A DNA stretch of 32,000 nt from the NCBI GenBank assembly GCA_964640155.1, contig CAZXEQ010000001.1:60001-92000 (forward strand), in the 5' to 3' direction. Of this stretch, positions 1-8,282 are shown one piece after another (within the stretch, counting starts at the first letter, position 1; the number at the start of each line of letters is the position of its first letter). Made by a program: the position numbers and the translations under genes. The stretch comes from an uncultured bacterium (GTDB taxonomy: Bacteria; Auribacterota; JACPWU01). Below the pieces are notes generated by a model. It saw only the letters and a program-made list of their open reading frames with translations. It did not search any database and was not told where the DNA came from.

Positions 1-95
1 TTTCCAAAGTCTTTGGTAAAAAAAATAGTTACAAGACTTGTTTCTGAATAATCTCGTTTGCGTAAAAGAATCGCTGAAGTTCGGGCTAAGGACAT
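1..95 (-). CDS. recO: DNA repair protein RecO, N-terminal fragment (gene runs off the left edge)
   Basis: Absent from the ORF track because it is truncated. The ATG at 95 (minus) opens MSLARTSAILLRKRDYSETSLVTIFFTKDFG. This fits the RecO N-terminal pattern (hydrophobic-VLR-x-x-x-Y-[GS]-E-x-S-x-[IV]-x-x-F-T-x-x-x-G). Its position downstream of phoH-ybeY-dgkA resembles the Bacillus-type ybeY...era-recO neighbourhood. No clear SD. Confidence 0.55.
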   Translation of the reverse strand, partial: MSLARTSAILLRKRDYSETSLVTIFFTKDFG

Positions 96-134
96 AGGAT
101 TGATAGTTGATCAATGGGAGTGAACTCTTGATGA

Positions 135-770
135 TCAATTCGTAACAATTTTAGGGGATACAATCCCACTTGAAATAATCATTTTAAATGCATCTTCAAC
201 CGATAAATTAATTTTTGTGAGTTTATCTTTAGCAACAAAGACCAAAAATCCTGTTGTGGGGTTTGGCGCTGTTGGAATAAAGACACTGACAGATTCGCTA
301 GAAACTTTATCTCGAATTTCTCCGCGAGGCTCCGAAGTTATAAACCCTATCGAAAAAATTCCATCTTTTGGGAATTCAACCAAAACAACCCCACGGAAAG
401 CTCTTTCATCCCCCCAAAAAGATTCGAAAATTTGTTTTAAAGCATAATAAATTTTATTGAGAACAGGAATTTTACTTAAAAAAGCCTCCCCCATTTGAAT
501 AAGTTTTTTGCCAATATAATTTCGAGCAATTAATCCAATCAATACCACCGTAAAAAATAAAATTAAAAGCGCAAGAAAACGCCAAATCATTCTTTCCCAA
601 ACGGTACTAATCGCATGAGGACTTAAAACCTGGTAAATGTAGTCTGTTACCTGTGTAAAAAGAAGGGATAAAATCCAAAACGATCCTAAAATAGGTAAGG
701 ACACCAAAAGTCCTGTAAAAAAATAAATTTTTATTTTATGTTTTAATGATGAGTTTTGTTCAAAAACCAT
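135..770 (-). CDS. DUF502 family membrane protein
   Basis: 211 aa with two N-terminal TM helices. The C-terminal signature FIPTAPNPTTGFLVFV is typical of DUF502. AGGA lies 7 nt upstream of the ATG. Confidence 0.8.
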   Translation of the reverse strand: MVFEQNSSLKHKIKIYFFTGLLVSLPILGSFWILSLLFTQVTDYIYQVLSPHAISTVWERMIWRFLALLILFFTVVLIGLIARNYIGKKLIQMGEAFLSKIPVLNKIYYALKQIFESFWGDERAFRGVVLVEFPKDGIFSIGFITSEPRGEIRDKVSSESVSVFIPTAPNPTTGFLVFVAKDKLTKINLSVEDAFKMIISSGIVSPKIVTN

Positions 771-779
771 AAATCATTC

Positions 780-1523
780 CTACATCTGATAAACAAATTG
801 AAAGATAAAAAGAGAAAATAAAATTCCTAAAAAAGCCCCAAATAAAACTTCTCGAAAACGATGAGCGCCTACTTCCATACGGCTCTGCCCCACCATAATC
901 GCCATAAAAAAAGTTAATACCATAATCAAAGTACTTCTTGAAAGAATCGTCACAATAGTTGCTATGGAAAAGGCCACTGCAGAATGAACACTGGGCATCC
1001 CACCATAAAATGGAGTCCCTTTTCCAATAAAAATTTTGACCGTAATCGCAATCATAAAAACACCTAAAAGAGCAATCAATGTCACATACCAAGGACTTGC
1101 AAGAATGTGTGTAATACCGATGGCAAAGGGATGACTGAGATATTTGGAGAGGACTAAATACCCCACAATAACGGCTGACCCCGTCGAAATCAAAACTGCA
1201 CCCGCACTTACGTCTTTGGCCAAACGAACCAAGGGATGATAACTCTCACTCATTACGTCCATCATCATTTCTAAAGCACTGTTAAACATTTCAGAAATAA
1301 GAACGGTTACAACCGCAAAAAGCAAAAATAAAAAATCAGGGAAATTAACTTTTAAAAAAACACTTAAAATTAAAAGCAAAATAGCAAAAATAAAATGCAC
1401 TTTCATATTACGCTGATGTTTAAAGACATGAATCAACCCTTGAATGGCATGATTCAAGCTTTGAACCCAGGGGTGTTTTTGTTTTTGATATTCTTTTTTC
1501 ATCAGAAATTTAAATCCCATCAT
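780..1523 (-). CDS. dgkA: Fusion protein: DgkA-family diacylglycerol/undecaprenol kinase (N-terminal) plus PAP2-type lipid phosphatase (C-terminal)
   Basis: The N-terminal half reads EMFNSALEMMMDVMSESYHPLVRLAKDVSAGAVL, aligning with E. coli DgkA EILNSAIEAVVDRIGSEYHELSGRAKDMGSAAVL. The C-terminal half carries PAP2 motifs: PSVHS (the PSGH box) and SRMEVGAHRFRE (SRx5Hx3[D/E]). The true start may be the internal MKKEY at 1502, which would remove the 14-nt overlap with ybeY. Confidence 0.8.
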   Translation of the reverse strand: MMGFKFLMKKEYQKQKHPWVQSLNHAIQGLIHVFKHQRNMKVHFIFAILLLILSVFLKVNFPDFLFLLFAVVTVLISEMFNSALEMMMDVMSESYHPLVRLAKDVSAGAVLISTGSAVIVGYLVLSKYLSHPFAIGITHILASPWYVTLIALLGVFMIAITVKIFIGKGTPFYGGMPSVHSAVAFSIATIVTILSRSTLIMVLTFFMAIMVGQSRMEVGAHRFREVLFGAFLGILFSLFIFQFVYQM

Positions 1524-2001
1524 AATATTTTTTGAGAATATTTTCTTGCATCAACCACATCTTTTCATATTGCTTCGGCTGATGGTCTCGATATCCTAAA
1601 AGATGTAAAGTCCCATGAACAATGTATCGTGCGACTTCTTCTCTAAATCTTGAATCAAATATTTTTGCTTGTGCTTTGGCTCTTTCAACTGACACGATGA
1701 CTTCACCCAACATCCATCGTCCATTCATCATTTCTTCCATAGGAAATGCTAACACATCTGTCGCTATATTTTGAGCATGAAACTTTTGATTTAAACGCTT
1801 GATAACTCGATCTGAAACAAGAGAAATATGAAGTTCAATGGGGACTTTTTTACGAAGTCTGACCTTTTTCAAAATAATTTTAGCTAAAGCTTGAATTTTA
1901 TTTTTTCGAAAAGATCCGAAAGAACGATTATCAACCTCTACAAAAGAAACCTCATAAGATTTTTTATGTTGCGGCAAGATCTTCAAATCCTTGAGAAGCA
2001 T
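1510..2001 (-). CDS. ybeY: Endoribonuclease YbeY (rRNA maturation factor)
   Basis: 163 aa with the zinc motif HGTLHLLGYRDH (HxxxHxxxxxH). Sits in the phoH-ybeY-dgkA arrangement. The annotated ATG overlaps the phoH 3' end by 38 nt; in-frame TTG codons nearer the phoH stop are alternative starts. Confidence 0.9.
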   Translation of the reverse strand: MLLKDLKILPQHKKSYEVSFVEVDNRSFGSFRKNKIQALAKIILKKVRLRKKVPIELHISLVSDRVIKRLNQKFHAQNIATDVLAFPMEEMMNGRWMLGEVIVSVERAKAQAKIFDSRFREEVARYIVHGTLHLLGYRDHQPKQYEKMWLMQENILKKYYDGI

Positions 2002-3022
2002 CTATTTGATAGGAGGATTTATTTGATTTCCTTGCAGAACCACGCTTGTCTGCCTTAGAAGACGAATGAGGAGAACGATCTTTTTCATAAGCACGAATGA
2101 TCTTTTTAACCAATTCATGACGCACTACATCTTTGTCTGTAAATTTCATAATTTTAATACCGCGCACATCTTGCAAAATTGCTTTTGCGTGAGAAAGGCC
2201 TGAAAGCTTATGCGCAGGTAAATCAACTTGAGTAACATCTCCTGTGATCACTGCTTTAGAATTAAAACCCAAACGCGTCAAAAACATTTTCATTTGTTCA
2301 ACGGTGCTATTTTGAGCTTCATCCAGAACAATAAATGAATCGTTGAGTGTTCGACCTCTCATATAAGCTAAAGGAGCAACTTCGATCAAGCCACGATCAA
2401 TATAGCGCTGAATTTTATCCATTTCGACCATATCATAAAGGGCATCATAAAGAGGTCTTAAATAAGGATTAATTTTTTCATATAAATCTCCAGGCAAGAA
2501 TCCAAGGCTTTCCCCTGCTTCAACAGCAGGTCGAGTCAAAATCACACGCTTTACTTTATCGTCTAAAAGCCAAGAGACGGCCATGGCCATAGCCAAATAA
2601 GTCTTTCCTGTGCCGGCAGGACCAATTCCAAAAACAACATCGTATTTTCGAATCGCTTCAATGTACTCAGCCTGATTGCCAGATTTAGGATAAATCAAAC
2701 TTTTACGAGAAGAAACGCGTATAGCATCTGTCGGAACCTGATCCGAAAACTCTTCAGACCGATCTCCATTGGAAGCAGATAAAGCATGAATAATGTCTGC
2801 ACGATCAATGGCTTTCCCAGACTCTTGCAATCTGGTTAATTCTTCAAAAAGCTTTCTTGCTTTTTTAATACTCTCTTGATCCCCAATCATCTTAATAAAG
2901 TCGCCGCGTGACACGACCTTAACCTTGAGAGCTTTTCCGATAATTTCTAAATTTTCATCATCATGAGCAAAAAGAGACCTTGCCATGCGTGCATCTTTTA
3001 AATGAATCGTTTCTTTTGGCAC
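1964..3022 (-). CDS. phoH: PhoH-like ATPase
   Basis: 352 aa with Walker A GPAGTGKTYLAMA and the Walker B-like FIVLDEAQN. GTG start preceded by GAGGTG with a 5-nt spacer. Confidence 0.9.
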   Translation of the reverse strand: MPKETIHLKDARMARSLFAHDDENLEIIGKALKVKVVSRGDFIKMIGDQESIKKARKLFEELTRLQESGKAIDRADIIHALSASNGDRSEEFSDQVPTDAIRVSSRKSLIYPKSGNQAEYIEAIRKYDVVFGIGPAGTGKTYLAMAMAVSWLLDDKVKRVILTRPAVEAGESLGFLPGDLYEKINPYLRPLYDALYDMVEMDKIQRYIDRGLIEVAPLAYMRGRTLNDSFIVLDEAQNSTVEQMKMFLTRLGFNSKAVITGDVTQVDLPAHKLSGLSHAKAILQDVRGIKIMKFTDKDVVRHELVKKIIRAYEKDRSPHSSSKADKRGSARKSNKSSYQIDASQGFEDLAAT

Positions 3023-3075
3023 TTCATCACCTCGCGAAATAATTTTAACGCAAATTTATCTAAGAACCAAAGAAA

Positions 3076-4401
3076 TTATTTTTTCTTCGATAAAAATTGT
3101 GACAACTGGGGTGTCATTTTTTTAGAAACTTCAACCTCAAGAAAAGTGCCATTCTCATCATATTTTTTAGAAATGACACGCCCATGACGATGTAATAAAG
3201 ACAGCCAATCTCCTTCTTGATGGGGAATGAAAATATGCAGCACCTCTAAATGTTCCTGCAAGTGCTCCTTAATTTTCGCTCTTAATTCTTCTAAACCTTG
3301 TCCAGACTTGGCAGAAGCAAAAATGATTTCAGTCTCATCTTTTAAACAATGAGGAATTGTAGGAGACCCCCCAACTCGATCAACTTTATTTAAAACAAGA
3401 ATATGTTCCACATCTTCTGCATGTAAATCTTTTAAAACTTGAGCTACCACTTCATATTTTTCTTCAACCAAATGATCACTTAAATCCAAAACATGAATCA
3501 AAAGATCCGCATGGGTCACTTCTTGTAATGTTGTTTTGAATGATTCCACCAAATGATGTGGAAGTTTTCGAATAAATCCGACCGTATCGGACAAAAGAAA
3601 TCCTCTACATTCCGGAAATTGAATTTTTCTGACTGTAGAATCTAATGTTGCAAAAAGTCTATCCTCTGCTAAGTTTTCACTCTCAGTCAGACGATTGAAT
3701 AAGGTTGTTTTGCCTGCATTGGTATAACCTACAATGGCCACCAGCGGCCATTCATGGCGTTCTCTATTTTTCTTCTGAACTTTATGTTCGGTTTCGATAT
3801 CACGAAGCTCTTGAGTTAATTTCATAATTCTAGTCCTTAACCGACGTCGATCTACTTCTAATTGTTTCTCTCCAGGACCTCGTGAGCCGATACCTCCATC
3901 TTGTCGAGATAAATGAGTCCATTGATGGGTAAGACGAGGCAACAAATACTTTAACTGGGCAAGTTCTACTTGAAGCTGAGATTGTTTAGTGAATGCTCTG
4001 CGGGCAAAAATATCTAAAATGAGTTGAGTGCGATCAATGACACGCACTTTAAAATTTTCATTTAAATTTCTAGACTGGACTGGGCTTAAATCATCATCAA
4101 AAATAACAACTTGTACTTCGCTTTCTTGCGCCTTTGCTGCAAGTTCCTCCAGCTTTCCCTTGCCAATAAAAGTAGCCGGATGGGGTTTTGTCAGTTTAAC
4201 AATGGTTTGATGAGTGACTTTTGCTTTTGCAGTTGAAACAAGCTGAGCCAACTCTTCTAAAGAATTCTCAACATCCCACGCTCTTGACCGTCCCCAATCG
4301 ACACCAATTAAAAAAGCTTTTTCGGGTCCTTGAATCACATGTTTAAGCGGCAAGGCAAACTCCTGACAGGAACGAAGACAGTCATCAGTGATAAGTCGCA
4401 A
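3076..4401 (-). CDS. hflX: GTPase HflX
   Basis: Contains the HflX N-domain (GKGKLEEL, LILDIFARRA, QVELAQLKYLLPRL), a G1 box GYTNAGKTTLFN, DTVGF and NKVD. The maximal ORF begins with TTG at 4401. A better-supported start is the TTG at 4353, which is preceded by AGGAG (4360-4364) with a 6-nt spacer. Confidence 0.9.
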   Translation of the reverse strand: MRLITDDCLRSCQEFALPLKHVIQGPEKAFLIGVDWGRSRAWDVENSLEELAQLVSTAKAKVTHQTIVKLTKPHPATFIGKGKLEELAAKAQESEVQVVIFDDDLSPVQSRNLNENFKVRVIDRTQLILDIFARRAFTKQSQLQVELAQLKYLLPRLTHQWTHLSRQDGGIGSRGPGEKQLEVDRRRLRTRIMKLTQELRDIETEHKVQKKNRERHEWPLVAIVGYTNAGKTTLFNRLTESENLAEDRLFATLDSTVRKIQFPECRGFLLSDTVGFIRKLPHHLVESFKTTLQEVTHADLLIHVLDLSDHLVEEKYEVVAQVLKDLHAEDVEHILVLNKVDRVGGSPTIPHCLKDETEIIFASAKSGQGLEELRAKIKEHLQEHLEVLHIFIPHQEGDWLSLLHRHGRVISKKYDENGTFLEVEVSKKMTPQLSQFLSKKK

Positions 4402-4440
4402 GTAAAAACTCTTTTAAAACCTATTACTTACAACTATTTT

Positions 4441-5736
4441 TCAAGACGGTCTTCCAACACTTTTATAAACAAAGCCCAACTTATTCATTTCTGCAGATTG
4501 TAACAAGTTACGGCCATCAATAATCACTGGGGTTAACATCAAACTTTTAACTTTTTTATAATCTAATTTTTTAAAATCTTCCCATTCCGTCAAAATGAGC
4601 AATGCATCTGCATTCTTCACCACTTCATAAGGTTCTTTGCAGTATTGAATTTTAGGAAGAAAATCACGGGCTTTCATCATGGCCTGGGGATCATAAGCTT
4701 TCACTTTTGCTCCCTCTTTGACAAGATAATCAATAATATCAATGGAAGCTGCATTGCGCATATCATCTGTATTAGGTTTAAATGCCAAACCCAAAATACC
4801 GATGGTTTTACCCCGCATGACCCATAACACGTCTTTTACTTTTTTAAGAAAACGTTGTTTTTGCTCATCATTAATCTTCTCAACAGCTTTAAGCAAGTCA
4901 AAATGATAGCCAAGTTCCTGAGAAATTTTAATAAAAGCAGAAACATCTTTTGGAAAGCAAGATCCTCCATATCCAATACCGGGTTTTAAAAAAGCAGATC
5001 CAATACGATGATCCATTCCCATCCCTTCAACTACTTTTTCCACATTGGCTCCTGAAAGCTCACAAATATTGGCTAAAGCATTGGCAAACGAAATTTTCAT
5101 CGCAAGAAAGGAATTGCTGGCATGTTTAATTAATTCAGCTGAAGGAATATCCGTTACAATAAATTTTGATTTGATGGGCTGATACAGCTCACGCATAATT
5201 TGTGCAGCTCTATCATTGGCAACTCCAACCACAATGCGATCCGGATGCATCATATCTGCGACGGCAGATCCTTCTCTCAAAAATTCAGGATTTGAAACCA
5301 CATCAAATTCAACACCTTTTCGGCAATAACGTTGAATCGTTTCAACAACTTTCTCTCCCGTTTTGACAGGAACCGTGCTTTTGTCCACAATCACTCGGTA
5401 ATTACGAATATGTGAGGCAATTTCACGAGCTGCATTGGCTACAAAACTTAAATCTGCCTCACCGGTATCCAACGGAGGAGTATTTACAGCAATAAAAATA
5501 ACTTGAGCTTGATCCACACCTTCTTTAATGCTAGTAGAAAATTTTAATCGTCCTGATTTGATACTCTTTTTAATGAGAGGCTCAATACCAGGTTCATAGA
5601 TAGGGATTTTTCCTTTTTTCAAAAGATTGATTTTTTTTCGATCATAATCAATACAAAGCACATGATGGCCAATATCAGCCAAACACGTCCCTGTGATTAA
5701 GCCAACATAACCTGTCCCAACAATCGCAACATTCAT
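4441..5736 (-). CDS. ugd: UDP-glucose 6-dehydrogenase
   Basis: 431 aa with the Rossmann motif VAIVGTGYVGL and the catalytic-Cys motif GYGGSCFPKD. GGAG lies 7 nt upstream of the ATG. Confidence 0.9.
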   Translation of the reverse strand: MNVAIVGTGYVGLITGTCLADIGHHVLCIDYDRKKINLLKKGKIPIYEPGIEPLIKKSIKSGRLKFSTSIKEGVDQAQVIFIAVNTPPLDTGEADLSFVANAAREIASHIRNYRVIVDKSTVPVKTGEKVVETIQRYCRKGVEFDVVSNPEFLREGSAVADMMHPDRIVVGVANDRAAQIMRELYQPIKSKFIVTDIPSAELIKHASNSFLAMKISFANALANICELSGANVEKVVEGMGMDHRIGSAFLKPGIGYGGSCFPKDVSAFIKISQELGYHFDLLKAVEKINDEQKQRFLKKVKDVLWVMRGKTIGILGLAFKPNTDDMRNAASIDIIDYLVKEGAKVKAYDPQAMMKARDFLPKIQYCKEPYEVVKNADALLILTEWEDFKKLDYKKVKSLMLTPVIIDGRNLLQSAEMNKLGFVYKSVGRPS

Positions 5737-5841
5737 AAATTCTCCAATCTAGGTTCTAATATCTTTTGAAAATAAAGCATAGGAGTTTGTTATAAAACGC
5801 TGTAGAGATGTAGGCTATCCAATAAGCATTGAATACAACAA

Positions 5842-7905
5842 TTAATTTCCTAAATTAACCACAAGATCCGGATAAGCCTTCAACCAAAAAGTAATCCAAA
5901 CTTGAACATCCTCACCACTTTTTCTAAACGAAAGCGCCCCATTCCAACAGTGAAGATCTCGATAAATAGAATATTCTTGATCTTGAAGTTCACCTGTTTC
6001 AAATTCCCAACGATTCGCTACCTTAAAAGCCCAATCAGAATTAAGGGTGTAATCCAAACCATAAGTCCATTGCATACTTTCATGATCTAAAAAGCGTACT
6101 CCTGTTGCAAACCTCCATTTTCCCTCTTTAAAAGTCGCCAGATCCATATTAAAAATAGAAATGCGATTTTCGTATTGATCATAACTTAGTTGAAAATCAG
6201 CACTAAAATTACGCAAAGGTCTTATTTCCAAATCATTAAAAATATTGGAAAAAGGATGCTCTTGATCAGGTTGTCGATCAATCAGATAATCGACATATAC
6301 TAAAAAATCAACAAGATCCCAACTTACGTCATCCCGTTTGGTCTGTAATTTGTTACGTAAAGAAGGACGTATGGTGTGTTGTCCCACAAGCGCATCAATT
6401 TGATCAAATTGAATAAGTTTACTGGCTGGAACAGTAGGATCATCAATATAAGTATATTTGATCCTAGGTTCAATCACATGTCTTAATTGATGCATATCCC
6501 ACTCAGCATTTTCATATCCGTAAACACGATGAAATTTTGTCCCTAATTCAATACCATCTGTGAATGTTCCTCTCCATACTGAATCAGACTCAACCAATTC
6601 ACGACTGTACCAAGTCTGGCGAACACCAAACCATGTGTTTGTCTCTAACCAACCAAAATATTTTTTGGGATAAGAAATTTCATCATAAGTATCAAATCGA
6701 CCGGCTCCTTGAGAATCTGGCACAGAGCTTGTGTCTGTAATAGGCCGTTCAGTCAAACGATCTGGAAACTCTGCAAATTGTTTAGACAAATTTGCAAAAG
6801 AATTTGTAGAAGTATAGAAAAATGGAGTTTTTAAAATACGCTGTCTTCGAAATTCCAAAGACAACTCTGGCAAACGTTCAACTTCATTAAAAGTGTCATT
6901 CACCCGTTTTTGAACATAGAATCGAGCCATGTATTTTCGATGATATCGCGTGATATCAAAGAATGAAGGAGGACGAAGGGAATAATCTGAATCACGATAA
7001 AAAAAGTCTTTCAGAATATCTTCATCGCTTAACTTATGAAATTGACCTCGAATGGTTGTATCATATTTCCAAGGTTGAAAATGAGTGAGCGATGCACGGT
7101 AACGATCATCTTCTCCTACACCATCCACAAACTTTCTACGTTTATCATGAATATAATAAGTCTTAAACTGCCCCCCCCCACCTTCTTTTAAATCATATTC
7201 CCCGTCTAATCCTACACCAAAACCACGTCGAAACCGATAATCAGCCCTCACACGACTTCTAACGTGCGGAGTTTGCAACCAATTAAAACTGGTAAGAAAG
7301 AATGCGCCCCATCGCTTTGAATATCCAGGCATAAACGACCATGGAGATTCTTTTAACGAATGCTGATAATAAGGAAGCCAAAAAACAGGGACACGCCCGA
7401 TAAAAAAGCAAACATTTCTAGCAACCATTTTATTTCCTGGATAAATATCCACACGCCCCGCTTTCAAAGAATAATGAGGGCTATGAGCATCACAAGTAGT
7501 GACAAAACCTTGATCAACTTTGTATTTATCTTTTGAATATCGAATAACTTTTTTACCTTTGATATACCAGGGGCTATAAAAGGCCGTTGCATTTTGGAAT
7601 TGTCCTGTTCCCTTCTCAAAATTATAATCAAGGGAATCCCCAATAATGCGCCGTCCTTTTTGAATAATCTGTACATGCCCTTCTGCATGGGCATCCTTGG
7701 TCCGAGTATTGATCAAACCCTTATCTGCAATGAGCGTGGTATCTTGATAAGTTACAACCACATGTCCTACAGCTGTAACTTCTCCCTTTTCACGATCAAA
7801 GTCCACAGAGTCCGCATTAACCTCAACCGGCAAGTCTTGGGCTGCAAAAGAAGGAGCAGAAATAAAAGACAAAAATAAAATAAACAAAAAAACAATTTTT
7901 CTCAA
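5842..7905 (-). CDS. lptD: LPS-assembly outer-membrane protein LptD (OstA family)
   Basis: The OstA-like N-domain reads VNADSVDFDREKGEVTAVGHVVVTYQDTTLIADKGLINTRTKDAHAEGHVQI. A long beta-barrel-type aromatic-rich C-terminal region follows. The ORF track extends to 7983. I call the TTG at 7905 instead because AGGGGAGGA sits 5-6 nt upstream and the product then begins LRKIVFLFILFLSFISAPSFA, a canonical signal peptide. Confidence 0.85.
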   Translation of the reverse strand: MRKIVFLFILFLSFISAPSFAAQDLPVEVNADSVDFDREKGEVTAVGHVVVTYQDTTLIADKGLINTRTKDAHAEGHVQIIQKGRRIIGDSLDYNFEKGTGQFQNATAFYSPWYIKGKKVIRYSKDKYKVDQGFVTTCDAHSPHYSLKAGRVDIYPGNKMVARNVCFFIGRVPVFWLPYYQHSLKESPWSFMPGYSKRWGAFFLTSFNWLQTPHVRSRVRADYRFRRGFGVGLDGEYDLKEGGGGQFKTYYIHDKRRKFVDGVGEDDRYRASLTHFQPWKYDTTIRGQFHKLSDEDILKDFFYRDSDYSLRPPSFFDITRYHRKYMARFYVQKRVNDTFNEVERLPELSLEFRRQRILKTPFFYTSTNSFANLSKQFAEFPDRLTERPITDTSSVPDSQGAGRFDTYDEISYPKKYFGWLETNTWFGVRQTWYSRELVESDSVWRGTFTDGIELGTKFHRVYGYENAEWDMHQLRHVIEPRIKYTYIDDPTVPASKLIQFDQIDALVGQHTIRPSLRNKLQTKRDDVSWDLVDFLVYVDYLIDRQPDQEHPFSNIFNDLEIRPLRNFSADFQLSYDQYENRISIFNMDLATFKEGKWRFATGVRFLDHESMQWTYGLDYTLNSDWAFKVANRWEFETGELQDQEYSIYRDLHCWNGALSFRKSGEDVQVWITFWLKAYPDLVVNLGN
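7171..7179 (-). repeat. G9 homopolymer (C9 on the + strand) inside the lptD coding sequence
   Basis: Read directly: ctg-ccccccccc-acc on the + strand, encoding KEGGGGQF. It is the longest G/C run I saw in this AT-rich window. Confidence 0.9.
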
Positions 7906-8010
7906 AAGTCCTCCCCTTAAAAATCTGTATTTTGTAGTTCGTAATTTGTATTTCGCCAAAAAAATAAAGAAAACTTCTCTCAATGAACTACACCCATATA
8001 ATTTGCGAGT

Positions 8011-8039
8011 ATGCTACACGAACCTTGGAAACCATTCAA
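8011..8039 (-). promoter_or_regulatory. Possible sigma70-type promoter for lptD
   Basis: On the minus strand: TTGAAT (8034-8039), a 17-nt spacer, then TAGCAT (8011-8016). Each hexamer matches consensus at 4 of 6 positions, which is a weak match. Confidence 0.2.
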
Positions 8040-8081
8040 GCGCGAAAAATATTTTTTCCTATCCACAAACATTGGATGACT

Positions 8082-8218
8082 ATTGTCCAACGGATTGTAA
8101 AGACCATTGGAAATCGAGTAAGCACGGACCCCGATGACTATCGGGGAAACGAGATTTCCTTTGAGTTCGTTTACCTCGCAGGGGTGAACAAACGTGTCTG
8201 AATACTCTGTTGGACAAT
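8082..8218. ncRNA. Candidate structured RNA element (unclassified) in the epimerase-lptD spacer
   Basis: A 10-bp closing helix (8082-8091 ATTGTCCAAC with 8209-8218 GTTGGACAAT) encloses further helices. Helix 1 pairs GGAAATC 8109-8115 with GATTTCC 8153-8159 and contains the hairpin CCCCGAT-GACT-ATCGGGG (8129-8146). Helix 2 pairs TTCGTTTACC 8166-8175 with GGTGAACAAA 8183-8192. The T8172/G8186 pair is a wobble only on the + strand. The element is visibly more GC-rich than the flanking spacer. I recognise no Rfam family. Confidence 0.3.
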
Positions 8219-8282
8219 TCTCCTATGCGACACAACCTAGAGACATTACAGAAAAATATTTTTAAGAAAAATTTCAGAGTTT

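Noticed and set aside
217-1092. ORFs 217-447 (+) and 760-1092 (-), which overlap the DUF502 and dgkA-PAP2 genes.
   Set aside because: These are alternative-frame or antisense shadows of well-supported genes. The 760-1092 translation is Cys/Phe/Tyr-rich nonsense.
8082-8218. A MITE-like miniature mobile element with 10-bp terminal inverted repeats.
   Set aside because: There is no target-site duplication at the flanks, no second copy in the 32-kb window, and the internal helices look RNA-like. It cannot be fully excluded without the whole genome.
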